A stretch of 62,517 nt of DNA, counting the filler, from Nemertoderma westbladi (Eukaryota; Animalia; Xenacoelomorpha), in assembly GCA_032718475.1 (NCBI GenBank). It is 4 parts of 4 records of this genome, joined end to end, with 100 filler letters (N's around TTAATTAATTAA, not from the genome) between each part and the next. Parts side by side here need not be neighbours in the genome. Positions count along the whole stretch, not along the records: positions 1 to 18,914 come from JAUCBJ010005069.1; 3 more parts are not named here. One strand, written 5' to 3'. Shown here piece after piece: positions 1 to 13,060 of this stretch (position 1 is its first letter; every line of letters starts with the position of its first letter). The notes beneath the pieces were generated by a model. It was not told where the DNA came from. It saw only the letters and a list, made by a program, of their open reading frames with translations, and did not search any database. The translations under genes were made by a program, and so were the position numbers.

Positions 1-3000
1 ATACAAACTTGCCTTGTTTGTTAAATTCGTTACAAGTTACCTTGTTAGTTAAATTCGTTACAAACTTGCCTTGTTAGTTAAATTCGTTACAAACTTGCCT
101 TGTTAGTTAAATTCGTTACAAACTTGCCTTGTTAGTTAAATTCGTTACAAACTTGCCTTGTTAGTTAAACTCGATACAAACTTGCCTTGTTAGTTAAATT
201 CGTTACAAACTTGCCTTGTTTGCTAAATTCGTTACAAACTTGCCTTGTTTGCTAAATTCGTTACAAACTTGCCTTGTTTGATAATCGCGTTACAAACTTG
301 CCTTGTTTGTTAAATTCGTTACATAATTGCCTTGTTTGTTTAACTCGTTACAAACTTGCCTTGTTTGATAATCGCGTTACAAACTTGCCTTGTTTGTTAA
401 TCGCGTTACAAACTTGCCTTGTTTGTTAAACTCGTTACAAACTTGCCTTGTTTGTTAAACTCGTTACAAACTTGCCTTGTTTGATAATCGCGTTACAAAC
501 TTGCCTTGTTTGTTAAACTCGTTTCAAAAATTGCATTGTTTGATAATCGCGTTACAAACTTGCCTTGTTTGATAATCGCGTTACAAACTTTCCTTGTTTG
601 TTAAACTCGTTACAAACTTGCCTTGTTTGTTAAATTCGTTACAAACTTGCCTTGTTTGTTAAACTCGTTACAAACTTTCTTTGTTTGTTAAATTCGTTAC
701 AAACTTGCCTTGTTTGTTAAATTCGTTACAAACTTGCCTTGTTTGTTAAACTCGTTACAAACTTGCCTTGTTTGTTAAACTCGTTAAAAACTTTCCTTGT
801 TTGTTAAACTCGTTACAAACTTGCCTTGTTTGTTAAATTCGTTACAAACTTGCCTTGTTTGTTAAACTCGTTACAAACTTGCCTTGTTTGTTTAACTCGA
901 TACAAACTTGCCTTGTTTGTTAAACTCGTTACAAACTTGCATTGTTTGTTAAACTCGTTACAAACTTGCATTGTTTGTTAAATTCGTTACAAACTTGCCT
1001 TGTTTGTTAAACTCGTTACAAACTTGCCTTGTTTGTTAAACTCGTTAAAAACTTTCCTTGTTTGTTAAACTCGTTACAAACTTGCCTTGTTTGTTAAATT
1101 CGTTACAAACTTGCCTTGTTTGTTAAACTCGTTACAAACTTGCCTTGTTTGTTTAACTCGTTACAAACTTGCCTTGTTTGATAATCGCGTTACAAACTTG
1201 CCTTGTTTGTTAATCGCGTTACAAACTTGCCTTGTTTGTTAAACTCGTTACAAACTTGCCTTGTTTGTTAAACTCGTTACAAACTTGCCTTGTTTGATAA
1301 TCGCGTTACAAACTTGCCTTGTTTGTTAAACTCGTTTCAAAAATTGCATTGTTTGATAATCGCGTTACAAACTTGCCTTGTTTGATAATCGCGTTACAAA
1401 CTTTCCTTGTTTGTTAAACTCGTTACAAACTTGCCTTGTTTGTTAAATTCGTTACAAACTTGCCTTGTTTGTTAAACTCGTTACAAACTTTCCTTGTTTG
1501 TTAAATTCGTTACAAACTTGCCTTGTTTGTTAAATTCGTTACAAACTTGCCTTGTTTGTTAAACTCGTTACAAACTTGCCTTGTTTGTTAAACTCGTTAA
1601 AAACTTTCCTTGTTTGTTAAACTCGTTACAAACTTGCCTTGTTTGTTAAATTCGTTACAAACTTGCCTTGTTTGTTAAACTCGTTACAAACTTGCCTTGT
1701 TTGTTTAACTCGATACAAACTTGCCTTGTTTGTTAAACTCGTTACAAACTTGCATTGTTTGTTAAACTCGTTACAAACTTGCATTGTTTGTTAAATTCGT
1801 TACAAACTTGCCTTGTTTGTTAAACTCGTTACAAACTTGCCTTGTTTGTTAAACTCGTTAAAAACTTTCCTTGTTTGTTAAACTCGTTACAAACTTGCCT
1901 TGTTTGTTAAATTCGTTACAAACTTGCCTTGTTTGTTAAACTCGTTACAAACTTGCCTTGTTTGTTTAACTCGATACAAACTTGCCTTGTTTGTTAAACG
2001 CGTTACAAACTTGCATTGTTTGTTAAACTCGTTACAAACTTGCCTTGTTTGTTAAACTCGTTACAAACTTGCCTTGTTTGTTAAACTCGTTACAAACTTT
2101 CCTTGTTTGATAAATTCGTCACAAACTTGCCTTGTTTGTTAATCTCGTTTCAAAACTTGCCTTGCCTTGTTTGTTCAACGCGTTACAAACTTGCATTGTT
2201 TGTTTAACTCGATACAAACTTGCCTTGTTTGTTAAATTCGTTACAACTTACCTTGTTTGTTAAATTCGTTACAAACTTGCCTTGTTAGTTAAATTCATTA
2301 CAAACTTGCCTTGTTAGTTAAACTCGTTACAAACTTGCCTTGTTAGTTAAATTCGTTACAAACTTGCCTTGTTAGTTAAACTCGTTACAAACTTGCCTTG
2401 TTAGTTAAATTCGTTACAAACTTGCCTTGTTTGCTAAATTCGTTACAAACTTGCCTTGTTAGTTAAATTCGTTACAGACTTGCCTTGTTTGATAATCGCG
2501 TTACAAACTTGCCTTGTTTGTTAAATTCGTTACAAACTTGCCTTGTTTGTTTAACTCGTTACAAACTTGCCTTGTTTGATAATCGCGTTACAAACTTGCC
2601 TTGTTTGTTAATCACGTTACAAACTTGCCTTGTTTGTTAAACTCGTTACAAGCTTGCCTTGTTTGTTAAACTCGTTACAAACTTGCCTTGTTTGATAGTC
2701 GCGTTACAAACTTGCCTTGTTTGTTAAACTCGTTTCAAAAATTGCATTGTTTGATAATCGCGTTACAAACTTGCCTTGTTTGATAATCGCGTTACAAACT
2801 TTCCTTGTTTGTTAAACTCGTTACAAACTTGCCTTGTTTGTTAAATTCGTTACAAACTTGCCTTGTTTGTTAAACTCGTTACAAACTTTCCTTGTTTGTT
2901 AAACTCGTTACAAACTTGCCTTGTTTGTTAAATTCGTTACAAACTTGCCTTGTTTGTTAAACTCGTTACAAACTTGCCTTATTTGTTAAACTCGTTACAA

Positions 3001-6000
3001 ACTTGCATTGTTTGTTAAATTCGTTACAAACTTGCCTTGTTTGTTAAACTCGTTACAAACTTGCCTTGTTTGTTAAACTCGTTACAAACTTTCCTTGTTT
3101 GTTAAACTCGTTACAAACTTGCCTTGTTTGTTAAATTCGTTACAAACTTTCCTTGTTTGTTAAACTCGTTACAAACTTTCCTTGTTTGTTAAACTCGTTA
3201 CAAACTTGCCTTGTTTGTTAAATTCGTTACAAACTTGCCTTGTTTGTTAAACTCGTTACAAACTTGCCTTGTTTGTTAAACTCGTTACAAACTTGCATTG
3301 TTTGTTAAATTCGTTACAAACTTGCCTTGTTTGTTAAACTCGTTACAAACTTGCCTTGTTTGTTAAACTCGTTAAAAACTTTCATTGTTTGTTAAACTCG
3401 TTACAAACTTTCCTTGTTTGTTAAATTCGTTACAAACTTGCCTTGTTTGTTAAACTCGTTACAAACTTGCCTTGTTTGTTAAATTCGTTACAAACTTGCC
3501 TTGTTTGTTAAACTCGTTACAAACTTGCCTTGATTGTTTAACTCGATACAAACTTGTCTTGTTTGTTAAACGCGTTACAAACTTGCATTGTTTGTTAAAC
3601 TCGTTACAAACTTGCCTTGTTTGTTAAACTCGTTACAAACTTGCCTTGTTTGTTAAACTCGTTACAAACTTGCCTTGTTTGTTAAACTCGTTACAAACTT
3701 GCCTTGTTTGTTAAACTCGTTACAAACTTTCCTTGTTTGATAAATTCGCCACAAACTTGCCTTGTTTGTTAATCTCGTTTCAAAACTTGCCCTTCCTTGT
3801 TTGTTAAACGCGTTACAAACTTGCATTGTTTGTTTAACTCGATACAAACTTGCCTTGTTTGTAAAATTCGTTACAACTTACCTTGTTTGTTAAATTCGTT
3901 ACAAACTTGCCTTGTTAGTTAAATTCATTACAAACTTGCCTTGTTAGTTAAACTCGTTACAAACTTGCCTTGTTAGTTAAATTCGTTACAAACTTGCCTT
4001 GTTTGCTAAATTCGTTACAAACTTGCCTTGTTAGTTAAATTCGTTACAGACTTGCCTTGTTTGATAATCGCGTTACAAACTTGCATTGTTTGTTAAACTC
4101 GTTACAAACTTTACTTGTTTGATAATCTCGCTACAAACTTTCCTTGCCTTGTTTGTTAAACTCGTTACAACTTGCCTTTTTTTGTTAAACTCGTTACAAA
4201 ACCTGCCTTGTTAGTTAAATTCGTTACAAACTTGCCTTGTTTGTTAAACTCGTTACAAACTTGCCTTGTTTGTTAAACTCGTTACAAACTTTCCTTGTTT
4301 GATAAATTCGCCACAAACTTGCCTTGTTTGTTAATCTCGTTTCAAAACTTGCCCTTCCTTGTTTGTTAAACGCGTTACAAACTTGCATTGTTTGTTTAAC
4401 TCGATACAAACTTGCCTTGTTTGTAAAATTCGTTACAACTTACCTTGTTTGTTAAATTCGTTACAAACTTGCCTTGTTTGTTAAACTCGTTACAAACTTG
4501 CATTGTTTGTTAAATTCGTTACAAACTTGCCTTGTTTGTTAAACTCGTTACAAACTTGCCTTGATTGTTTAACTCGATACAAACTTGTCTTGTTTGTTAA
4601 ACGCGTTACAAACTTGCATTGTTTGTTAAACTCGTTACAAACTTGCCTTGTTTGTTAAACTCGTTACAAACTTGCCTTGTTTGTTAAACTCGTTACAAAC
4701 TTGCATTGTTTGTTAAATTCGTTACAAACTTGCCTTGTTTGTTAAACTCGTTACAAACTTGCCTTGTTTGTTAAACTCGTTAAAAACTTTCATTGTTTGT
4801 GAAACTCGTTACAAACTTTCCTTGTTTGTTAAATTCGTTACAAACTTGCCTTGTTTGTTAAACTCGTTACAAACTTGCCTTGTTTGTTAAATTCGTTACA
4901 AACTTGCCTTGTTTGTTAAACTCGTTACAAACTTGCCTTGATTGTTTAACTCGATACAAACTTGTCTTGTTTGTTAAACGCGTTACAAACTTGCATTGTT
5001 TGTTAAACTCGTTACAAACTTGCCTTGTTTGTTAAACTCGTTACAAACTTGCCTTGTTTGTTAAACTCGTTACAAACTTGCCTTGTTTGTTAAACTCGTT
5101 ACAAACTTGCCTTGTTTGTTAAACTCGTTACAAACTTTCCTTGTTTGATAAATTCGCCACAAACTTGCCTTGTTTGTTAATCTCGTTTCAAAACTTGCCC
5201 TTCCTTGTTTGTTAAACGCGTTACAAACTTGCATTGTTTGTTTAACTCGATACAAACTTGCCTTGTTTGTAAAATTCGTTACAACTTACCTTGTTTGTTA
5301 AATTCGTTACAAACTTGCCTTGTTAGTTAAATTCATTACAAACTTGCCATGTTAGTTAAACTCGTTACAAACTTGCCTTGTTAGTTAAATTCGTTACAAA
5401 CTTGCCTTGTTTGCTAAATTCGTTACAAACTTGCCTTGTTAGTTAAATTCGTTACAGACTTGCCTTGTTTGATAATCGCGTTACAAACTTGCCTTGTTTG
5501 TTAAATTCGTTACAAACTTGCCTTGTTTGTTTAACTCGTTACAAACTTGCCTTGTTTGATAATCGCGTTACAAACTTGCCTTGTTTGTTAATCGCGTTAC
5601 AAACTTGCCTTGTTTGTTAAACTCGTTACAAGCTTGCCTTGTTTGTTAAACTCGTTACAAACTTGCCTTGTTTGATAGTCGCGTCACAAACTTGCCTTGT
5701 TTGTTAAACTCGTTTCAAAAATTGCATTGTTTGATATTCGCGTTACAAACTTGCCTTGTTTGATAATCGCGTTACAAACTTTCCTTGTTTGTTAAACTCG
5801 TTACAAACTTGCCTTGTTTGTTAAATTCGTTACAAACTTGCCTTGTTTGTTAAACTCGTTACAAACTTTCCTTGTTTGTTAAACTCGTTACAAACTTGCC
5901 TTGTTTGTTAAATTCGTTACAAACTTGCCTTGTTTGTTAAACTCGTTACAAACTTGCCTTATTTGTTAAACTCGTTACAAACTTGCATTGTTTGTTAAAT

Positions 6001-6794
6001 TCGTTACAAACTTGCCTTGTTTGTTAAACTCGTTACAAACTTGCCTTGTTTGTTAAACTCGTAACAAACTTTCCTTGTTTGTTAAACTCGTTAGTCGTTA
6101 CAAACTTGCCTTGTTTGTTAAATTCGTTACAAACTTGCCTTGTTTGTTAAACTCGTTACAAACTTTCCTTGTTTGTTAATCCCGTTACAAACTTGCCTTG
6201 TTTGTTAATCCCGTTACAAACTTGCCTTGTTAGTTAAATTCGTTACAGACTTTCCCAGTTTGATAATCGCGTTACAAACTTGCCTTGTTGGTTTAACTCG
6301 ATACAAACTTGCCTTGTTTGATAATCGCGTTACAAACTTGCATTGTTTGTTAAACTCGTTACAAACTTTACTTGTTTGATAATCTCGCTACAAACTTTCC
6401 TTGCCTTGTTTGTTAAACTCGTTACAACTTGCCTTTTTTTGTTAAACTCGTTACAAAACCTGCCTTGTTAGTTAAATTCGTTACCGGTACAAACCTTCCT
6501 TGTTTGTTAAATTTGTTACAAACTTGCCTTGTTTGTTAATCCCGTTACAAACTTGCCTTGTTAGTTAAATTCGTTACTGGTACAAACCTTCCTTGTTTGT
6601 TAAATTCGTTACAAACTTGCCTTGTTTGTTAAATTCGTTACAAACTTGCCTTGTTTGATAATCGCGTTACAAACTTCCCTTTTTTGTTAATCTTGATACA
6701 AACTTGCCTTTTTTGTTAATCTCGATACAAACTTGCCTTTTTTGTTAATCTCGTTACAAACTTACCTTTTTTGTTACATCAGTTACAAACTCAC
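1..6794. repeat. 29-bp tandem satellite (consensus GTTACAAACTTGCCTTGTTTGTTAAACTC), about 230 copies, filling the start of ACC intron 1 and running off the window start
   Basis: Continuous 29-bp periodicity. Variant blocks recur, e.g. identical 186-nt blocks at 3662, 4224 and 5070. Confidence 0.98.
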
Positions 6795-8064
6795 CTATAT
6801 TTTTATCAGGGCTCTCAAACAAAGACTCCCGGTAAAGCTGTCTGATATCCTTCACGCGATTCAACGCGACCCCCATCGCGATCTGCAGCTGAGCCGCCGG
6901 TAGATTTATCTTGGCTATCATCTCGGTGCACGGGTGTTCCACCTGGAGACGGGGGTTTAACTCAAGGAAGTAGTACTCAGCCGGTTCCGTCTCGGCGTAT
7001 AGATACTCCACAGTACCGGCGTTCGTGTACCCCACGGCCTTCGCCAACGCGATGGCTCCCTGCTCCATCCGCCGGAAGACCTGCGCATCTGCGCTGATCG
7101 CCGGCGCCTCCTCTATGATCTTCTGATGCCGTCGTTGTACCGAACAATCTCGTCCGAACAGCGAGATCACGTTACCGTAGTGATCAGCGAGAATCTGAAC
7201 CTCTATGTGTCGGACGGCGGTCGCCATGCGACACAGGAAGATTGGGGAGCCCGGTACCTCGGCCTGAACGAGTCGCAGAGCGGAAGGAATCGCATCCGGG
7301 CCGTCGACCTTTCGGATACCCTTACCGCCGCCTCCCTCGCTCGCTTTCAACATCACCGGGAATCCCAACTTAGCGGCTTCCGCCACCGCGGATTCGCAAC
7401 TCGAGATGCAGCCCTCCCGGAAGACCTCGTCGGATATCTCCACATGATGGGACGTTCCGTCGACAGGAACGTCCACGGTTAGCGCGGAACCGTTCCACGG
7501 GATAGTCGGAATCCCGATACTCTGCGCCACTATGCTCGCGCTTATTTTATCCCCCAGAGAGCGCATCGCGCTGCTAGGAGGTCCGATGAAGGCGATACCA
7601 ACCCTTTTTAAGAGTTCCGGGAGTTTCGGATTCTCGGAGGCGTGGCCCCAACCCGCCCAGACCGCGTCGCAATCCATCCGTTTCGCGATGTCCACGATCA
7701 ACTCGACGTTCGCGTAGTTGTTGTGGTTCGCGCCGCTCGGTACCGGGACGTACTGGTCCGCCATACGGATGTACTCCGCGTTACCTTTAAGGTCGTCATC
7801 CGTTACCATGACGACGAAACGAACCGCCCGCTCGTTCCGGAACGTTTCGTACGCCCATTGCCGGATGCTCCGCATACATTTGACGGCGGCGATTCCGTTG
7901 TTCGCAATGAGGACGTTTTCGATGACTCGTTTACCGCCGTGGCGGTGCACGAATTCCCCCACCGTGGCCACGTGGTCCCGGAGTTTGGAGAGGCTTCCAG
8001 TTCGGACGTGGGTCCGACGGCCACGAGGTTCCAGCAGGGAATTGTGGCGTGGTGATGTCGTCAT
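6795..8064 (-). CDS. ACC: Acetyl-CoA carboxylase, first coding exon (biotin carboxylase domain); the gene continues beyond the window start
   Basis: Motifs [53 protein letters not shown] and [14 protein letters not shown]. Likely ATG at 8064 (MTTSP), with HVRTGSLS resembling the N-terminal AMPK-site region. Donor ATAG|GTGAGT at 6795/6794. Confidence 0.95.
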
Positions 8065-8169
8065 TATTACTGCATACTGTAGCTGTGTAGGCCTACTGTT
8101 GTACTTGTACTGATACCGTATTGCTGTAGTGTAAGGAAATGGCAGTGCAGCGCAGCAATGTGTTACCGG

Positions 8170-8814
8170 CCAGGCTGCAAACCACCACTGAAACGCGCAC
8201 AACACCCGCGCACAATTTTTCAGCCGCGCAATATCTGACAATATACCGCGCACGGACTGAAAAAACGCGCACACCAAGCTGAAAAACAATTCAATTCACA
8301 CAAACATACGAATACAGGAAGAAATAAAAAATATTTATTAACGTAAAGAAATAAAAAAATAAATTTAAGCAATGCAAAATGAAAAAAAACATGAGAGCGA
8401 AATTTTTCATTTTAACAATGTAGAATGAAAACGAAACGCGAGCGAAGCGTGTGAAATTTTTAACTTTTATATGTACCGGTAGCATGTAGGTTAGTAGGTC
8501 TAAAATGAAAAAAAAGGGGAGCGAAGCAGCGAAATTTTTTTATTTTAACAATGTAAAATGAAAACGAAATAGCGAGCGAAAACGAGAGAAAATTTTTATG
8601 GCTAATTATTTTTCTCATTAAATTGCAGTTTTGCACACACTTTACAACTTTTTTTACACCTCATCCGCGCACTTTGCTGCTTTGACTTTTAATATTTTGC
8701 ACAGATTATCGCGCACTTTTGGTGTTTTTCACACAATTCCGCGCACTTTTACCGCGCACTATTTCAAAACGGCGCACAACGCGTTGCGATTTTTGCACTC
8801 CATTTGCAGCCTGG
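8170..8814. mobile_element. Non-autonomous hAT-like element (MITE) about 105 bp upstream of the ACC ATG
   Basis: 12-bp TIR CCAGGCTGCAAA/TTTGCAGCCTGG. 8-bp TSD GTTACCGG at 8162-8169 and 8815-8822. Subterminal CGCGCAC repeats. Confidence 0.85.
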
Positions 8815-8828
8815 GTTACCGGCAGCAT

Positions 8829-9094
8829 ATTACCAATTGGGGTGTCGTTTCAGCCAATTTTAATATATTAACTTAATTTCGCTATTCACCATTTTTAGTG
8901 ATTTACTGTAAAGGTACCTTTTAAAGGAAAGTAGCAGGTCAGCAGGTTATAATGGCAGGCTTTTCTATCCAAAAGAATAAACTAAATTTAGGAACACAGA
9001 TTACAGTAAAACTTTTACTTCTAGACACTCATTTTTCAATATTAATTTAACATTAACCCTATGAGAAGGCTGAAACAACACCCCAATTGGCAAT
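8829..9094. mobile_element. MITE-like inverted-repeat element
   Basis: About 27-bp imperfect TIR ATTACCAATTGGGGTGTCGTTTCAGCC / GGCTGAAACAACACCCCAATTGGCAAT. Confidence 0.6.
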
Positions 9095-9959
9095 TGGCTT
9101 ACCGGCAAGCGGCAACCGGTATGGTAAAACGAAAAATTGACTACATTATTACAAAAACCGTCTACATTATATAATCATTTATGTACCAGGAACTTACTCA
9201 ATTATATGAAAGTATGTATCAATTTGATTATATTGTGTAGTAAATAGTTCATTAAATAAATAAATAAAAAATAAACGAGTAAGTTTAATAATAAAGATCC
9301 AATATAAGGATTCTCCCCTCTCATGTACGCGTTGCCTATTAATTGGCTGTTGTCAGCTTATTCTTTTCATTTTCATCTTCGGTATCACTGTGTTTATTAG
9401 TTCATATATTCCAGTTACAGGAGCCGAGGTCTCGAAGCTCCCGACCTCTCGAGCATACGAAGAGCCTTGGATTCTCGAGAGCTGGGGTTCGGGGACCCGA
9501 ACGCTCGGGTGCTCATTTTGGCATTTGGTAGGGTCTCGAAGTTCCCAAGCGTTCGGGCACCCAAGCACGAGCACCCGAGCACCCGAGACCTTACCTGCCT
9601 TTAACTATTTCGTTTGTTACAACTATTTTCACTGAGTAGCGTCGACTGTATCAACATTGTCGCTAACCCCCCTACTGCCCTACTTAGTATATTGTATTAT
9701 TCGATATGTAGGCCTACTTTCTTAGTTAGGACTTTTTTTATCCATGAAATATATTACCGGTATGGTTGTTTACGAAATACTTCTTTGCTACAAATTAATT
9801 AAAATTAGTATTATTTAGAACTATAGTTGCTTATAAAAGTATATTTACATTTATAATTATAAGCAGTATGCCCATGCAGTATGAACGTACATACAGGATT
9901 CAGTGATTTGTGTCTAAAGTTGGAGTAAACTTATTACGATATTCAGTCAGTATTAACGT

Positions 9960-10530
9960 CTACAGTATGTTTATATTTTTATTGGGATTGCTTTCCATAT
10001 GGAATGGATGGGCCCAAAAAATTCATGGATCGTTGTGTGAAGAGAGTCTAACAAGGGGAGTATAAAAATTTAGGTTAGTTGCAGCACGAGTAGCGTAGCC
10101 ATGTACTGTTGATGTTCTAGGAAAGAGGCGGACAAGGTCAGATGTTAGGGGGAATGGGGTTGGTGTGAATAAGAATGTCGAACATAAACAAGGATACTTG
10201 GTGTTTAAACAATAGATCGATGATTTACATGGCAGTTTGGAGGAAGTTTGGGAGTGGCTGAAAGTTATAAAAAGAGTGCGTATGGGTGGGTGTATTAGGG
10301 TAAAGTATAGCTGGCAGAGGATACGGAGGGAAAATACAGTATGTACCGGGGTTTATAGAACAGTCCTGTCGTTTTTTATATTTTCTTGAGTATATACTGT
10401 ATGAGTTTTCCAGGTGAGTTTGTTGTCAAGCCAGATTCCTAGTATTTTAGAATTGTTAGTGGATTTAATTAGATAACAATACTCGGCCTCATTCCTTTCT
10501 TTGTCAGCAGATTGCCAACCGATTGCCCTA
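9960..10530 (-). mobile_element. Degraded LINE 3' RT fragment (CR1/Crack-like)
   Basis: The minus strand encodes KILGIWLDNKLTWKTH and LCQLYFTLIHP, typical of the LINE RT thumb region. Frames are broken. Confidence 0.55.
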
Positions 10531-10820
10531 CCCCAATCTTAGTTATTTTGTAACCCGCAGTTCATCAGTTAAGTTAATTTCAGAAATTCTGACAAGTATA
10601 TGAAGAATGGCTCATATATAATATATGGAAAACTGAACCAAACATATTCAGCACCAAGAGAAACCAGCGACTGAAAGCCTGCAACAACCTACAGTAAAGT
10701 TCTCTATTGACAACTATGAAATTCGAGTCAAGAATTCTGTTGTGTGCTATCTCTACTGTAGGTTGCCACTTTAACCGATGGAAACACAATCATTCAAAAC
10801 ATTATAGAGAAAGATAATTC

Positions 10821-10921
10821 TAGACCGCGGTTTCCGTTCAGGTAAGATGATGTTCTCGGTAAACCCCTTAGACTGCGGTTTCCGTTCAGATAAGATGATG
10901 TTCTCGGTAAACCCCTTAGAC
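10821..10921. repeat. 48-bp tandem duplication
   Basis: TAGAC(C/T)GCGGTTTCCGTTCAG(G/A)TAAGATGATGTTCTCGGTAAACCCCT occurs twice. Confidence 0.9.
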
Positions 10922-12926
10922 AGCTGCTGTACCACCGCTCCACTCATACAATTTACACAGAACTGGCAATTGCGTCTCGAATCTAGCTACTGTAGCTAGC
11001 TTATCTCGACGCAAAATGCTTCAGGTTCTGCCTAAATTTCAGCGATCGCCAGCATTACGGGTCACTGTAAGGTTAAATTGGTAACCGCAATAGAGGAAAG
11101 GGCGACCTATTGTAGAACCAGGGGATAGTGAAAAATACGTACAAGATCGGTACATAATTCACACACTGGAACTAAAATATTCGCTACGGGTTTGATTGCT
11201 CTTTAATTAATTTCATTTCTGTTGTCAGTCTTTATACGATTAATGAGTTCCAGTAAGTCCGTCTGCCTGTTTGTCGGCCTATATGTTTGTCAAAATTAGA
11301 GAAGTTCACGAAACATAACATAAATACAAAAATACATACGAAACATAAATAAGGCGTTTTCGATATCAATTTTTGGGATGTACACATTCTAGTCGCTCAG
11401 ACTAGGTCTCTGTTCGCCACTCTGTGGTCAGAAAATAATGACCAATATCACCTTAACTAAACAATTTGCAATCGAGTATTTCATTGTTGGTGTTTTCATT
11501 TCTGATCTGAGTTTTAATGATTGAAGGATTCTATCTATCTGTCGTGCAGGCTTTTGGTCTGTCTGTCTGTCTGTATGACTTTCTAAAGCAGCATACCTCC
11601 GTACTATATTTTTCTATTGGAGTTTCCGTGGACAGTACGTTTTGCTTCAGCCATGTATGGTGTACTTCCTTATTGACAGACATACCGATAGACGAACAGA
11701 CAGGCAGACGGACCGACTGACGGACATACCCCGACAGACGGACATTCAAACTGTAATCGGTTAATCGCAAAAACTGACATCGTAAATTAAATAACCGAAT
11801 CACAAACAAACAACATTAGACTTTCAGGTTGGCTAAATGACTGGGACTTTTTCCAGCCAACAGGGCTATACCGCAAACCGGAGAGTCGCTACACAAGCAC
11901 GGGGTCTGCCAAATACTGTTACCATGGATCCCGTTATAGTCAATACTGCGGTAGCGTTCCGCGGCGATTTGTTTTTAATGAAATCCCCATTTGCTGTAAA
12001 TATTACAATAAATATTGAACAATTATAATAGGCCTACTAACTACAGTAGTATCCGTTACAGTATTGCAATATAAAAATTGAATTACCTGTCCGTCTGCCA
12101 AAGTTTTTAAGGAGGTTAAACACATCCGCAAACGTCATCTTCCATTTCAATGATTTGATAGACTAGACCAAAACCCGGAAATTAGTATTATCCGAAGACA
12201 TAACAGTAAGAAACGTGAATGTAATTATTGTTTTACATACGAAATATAATATGTCATAACATCATATCAATCATTTAAAGCATTCGTATGCATTTATGGA
12301 GTGGGGCAAGCCACGGAGTGAGATAGCCTTAGCAATAAGTTTGTCAGAATTATTGAATAGAATCAAATTGCATAGCGCAGCTGCGTAGGCTAAACGTTTT
12401 CTATCTTGACCAGCGCTAGATTGGGGTGGTGGGGGGTAGTTTCCCGCCGCAAAAAAATAATATCAGGAAAATAATCATATATGTATTATAGAGAACTTAA
12501 TTAACAAATCTTTTTATAAATAATAAATATTTTTGGTAGAAATTCTTAAATTGTATTACATGTGTTGAAAGAGCATCGAAATAGAAAATGTTTGCAAGTC
12601 ATTTGAGCAAAATCCATGCACACACTCAAAAGTTATTGCAACTTTAGTGTCTGCAAGACGAACTCCAAAACGGAACTCAATATCCAATATTGGTTTATGT
12701 AGTTAAGCGGCTCTCTAGTTGCGTAATTATTATTCGAGAACACTAAATTATTTTAACATTGAGTAAGGCAATATCAAGAGTTGAAGAGTACAATAATTTT
12801 AATAGCAGTAACTATGGAAGCAATATAGTATAATACTGCAGTTCAACGTATTTTGTAACTTATATCGCTCTATCTTTTATTAAATAATTAAGCGATAAAA
12901 AAGTACAAAATTAAGAGTAAATTACG

Positions 12927-13060
12927 TATTACACGGGGATAAAAACGTGAACATTTTTTTCAATATTCTCTCGACCCTTTATTAACATCGCTGGCGCTCG
13001 GTAAAGGAAAAATGCCTCGATAATATTGAAAAAGAGTTCTACTTTTTTCCCCATGTAATA
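12927..13060. mobile_element. Short hairpin MITE
   Basis: Imperfect inverted arms of about 40 bp: TATTACACGGGGATAAAA...TTCAATATT / AATATTGAAAA...TTTTTTCCCCATGTAATA. Confidence 0.55.

Noticed and set aside
3662-5255. Three identical 61-aa ORFs
   Set aside because: Chance open frames in duplicated satellite blocks.
7126-8113. Overlapping ORFs on and opposite ACC, and likewise at GALNT, ABCC and E2F
   Set aside because: Shadow frames of real coding sequence with no recognisable motifs.
8065-8289. N-terminal extension of the 511-aa ACC ORF
   Set aside because: It starts at a non-ATG codon inside the hAT-like MITE and shows no ACC similarity.
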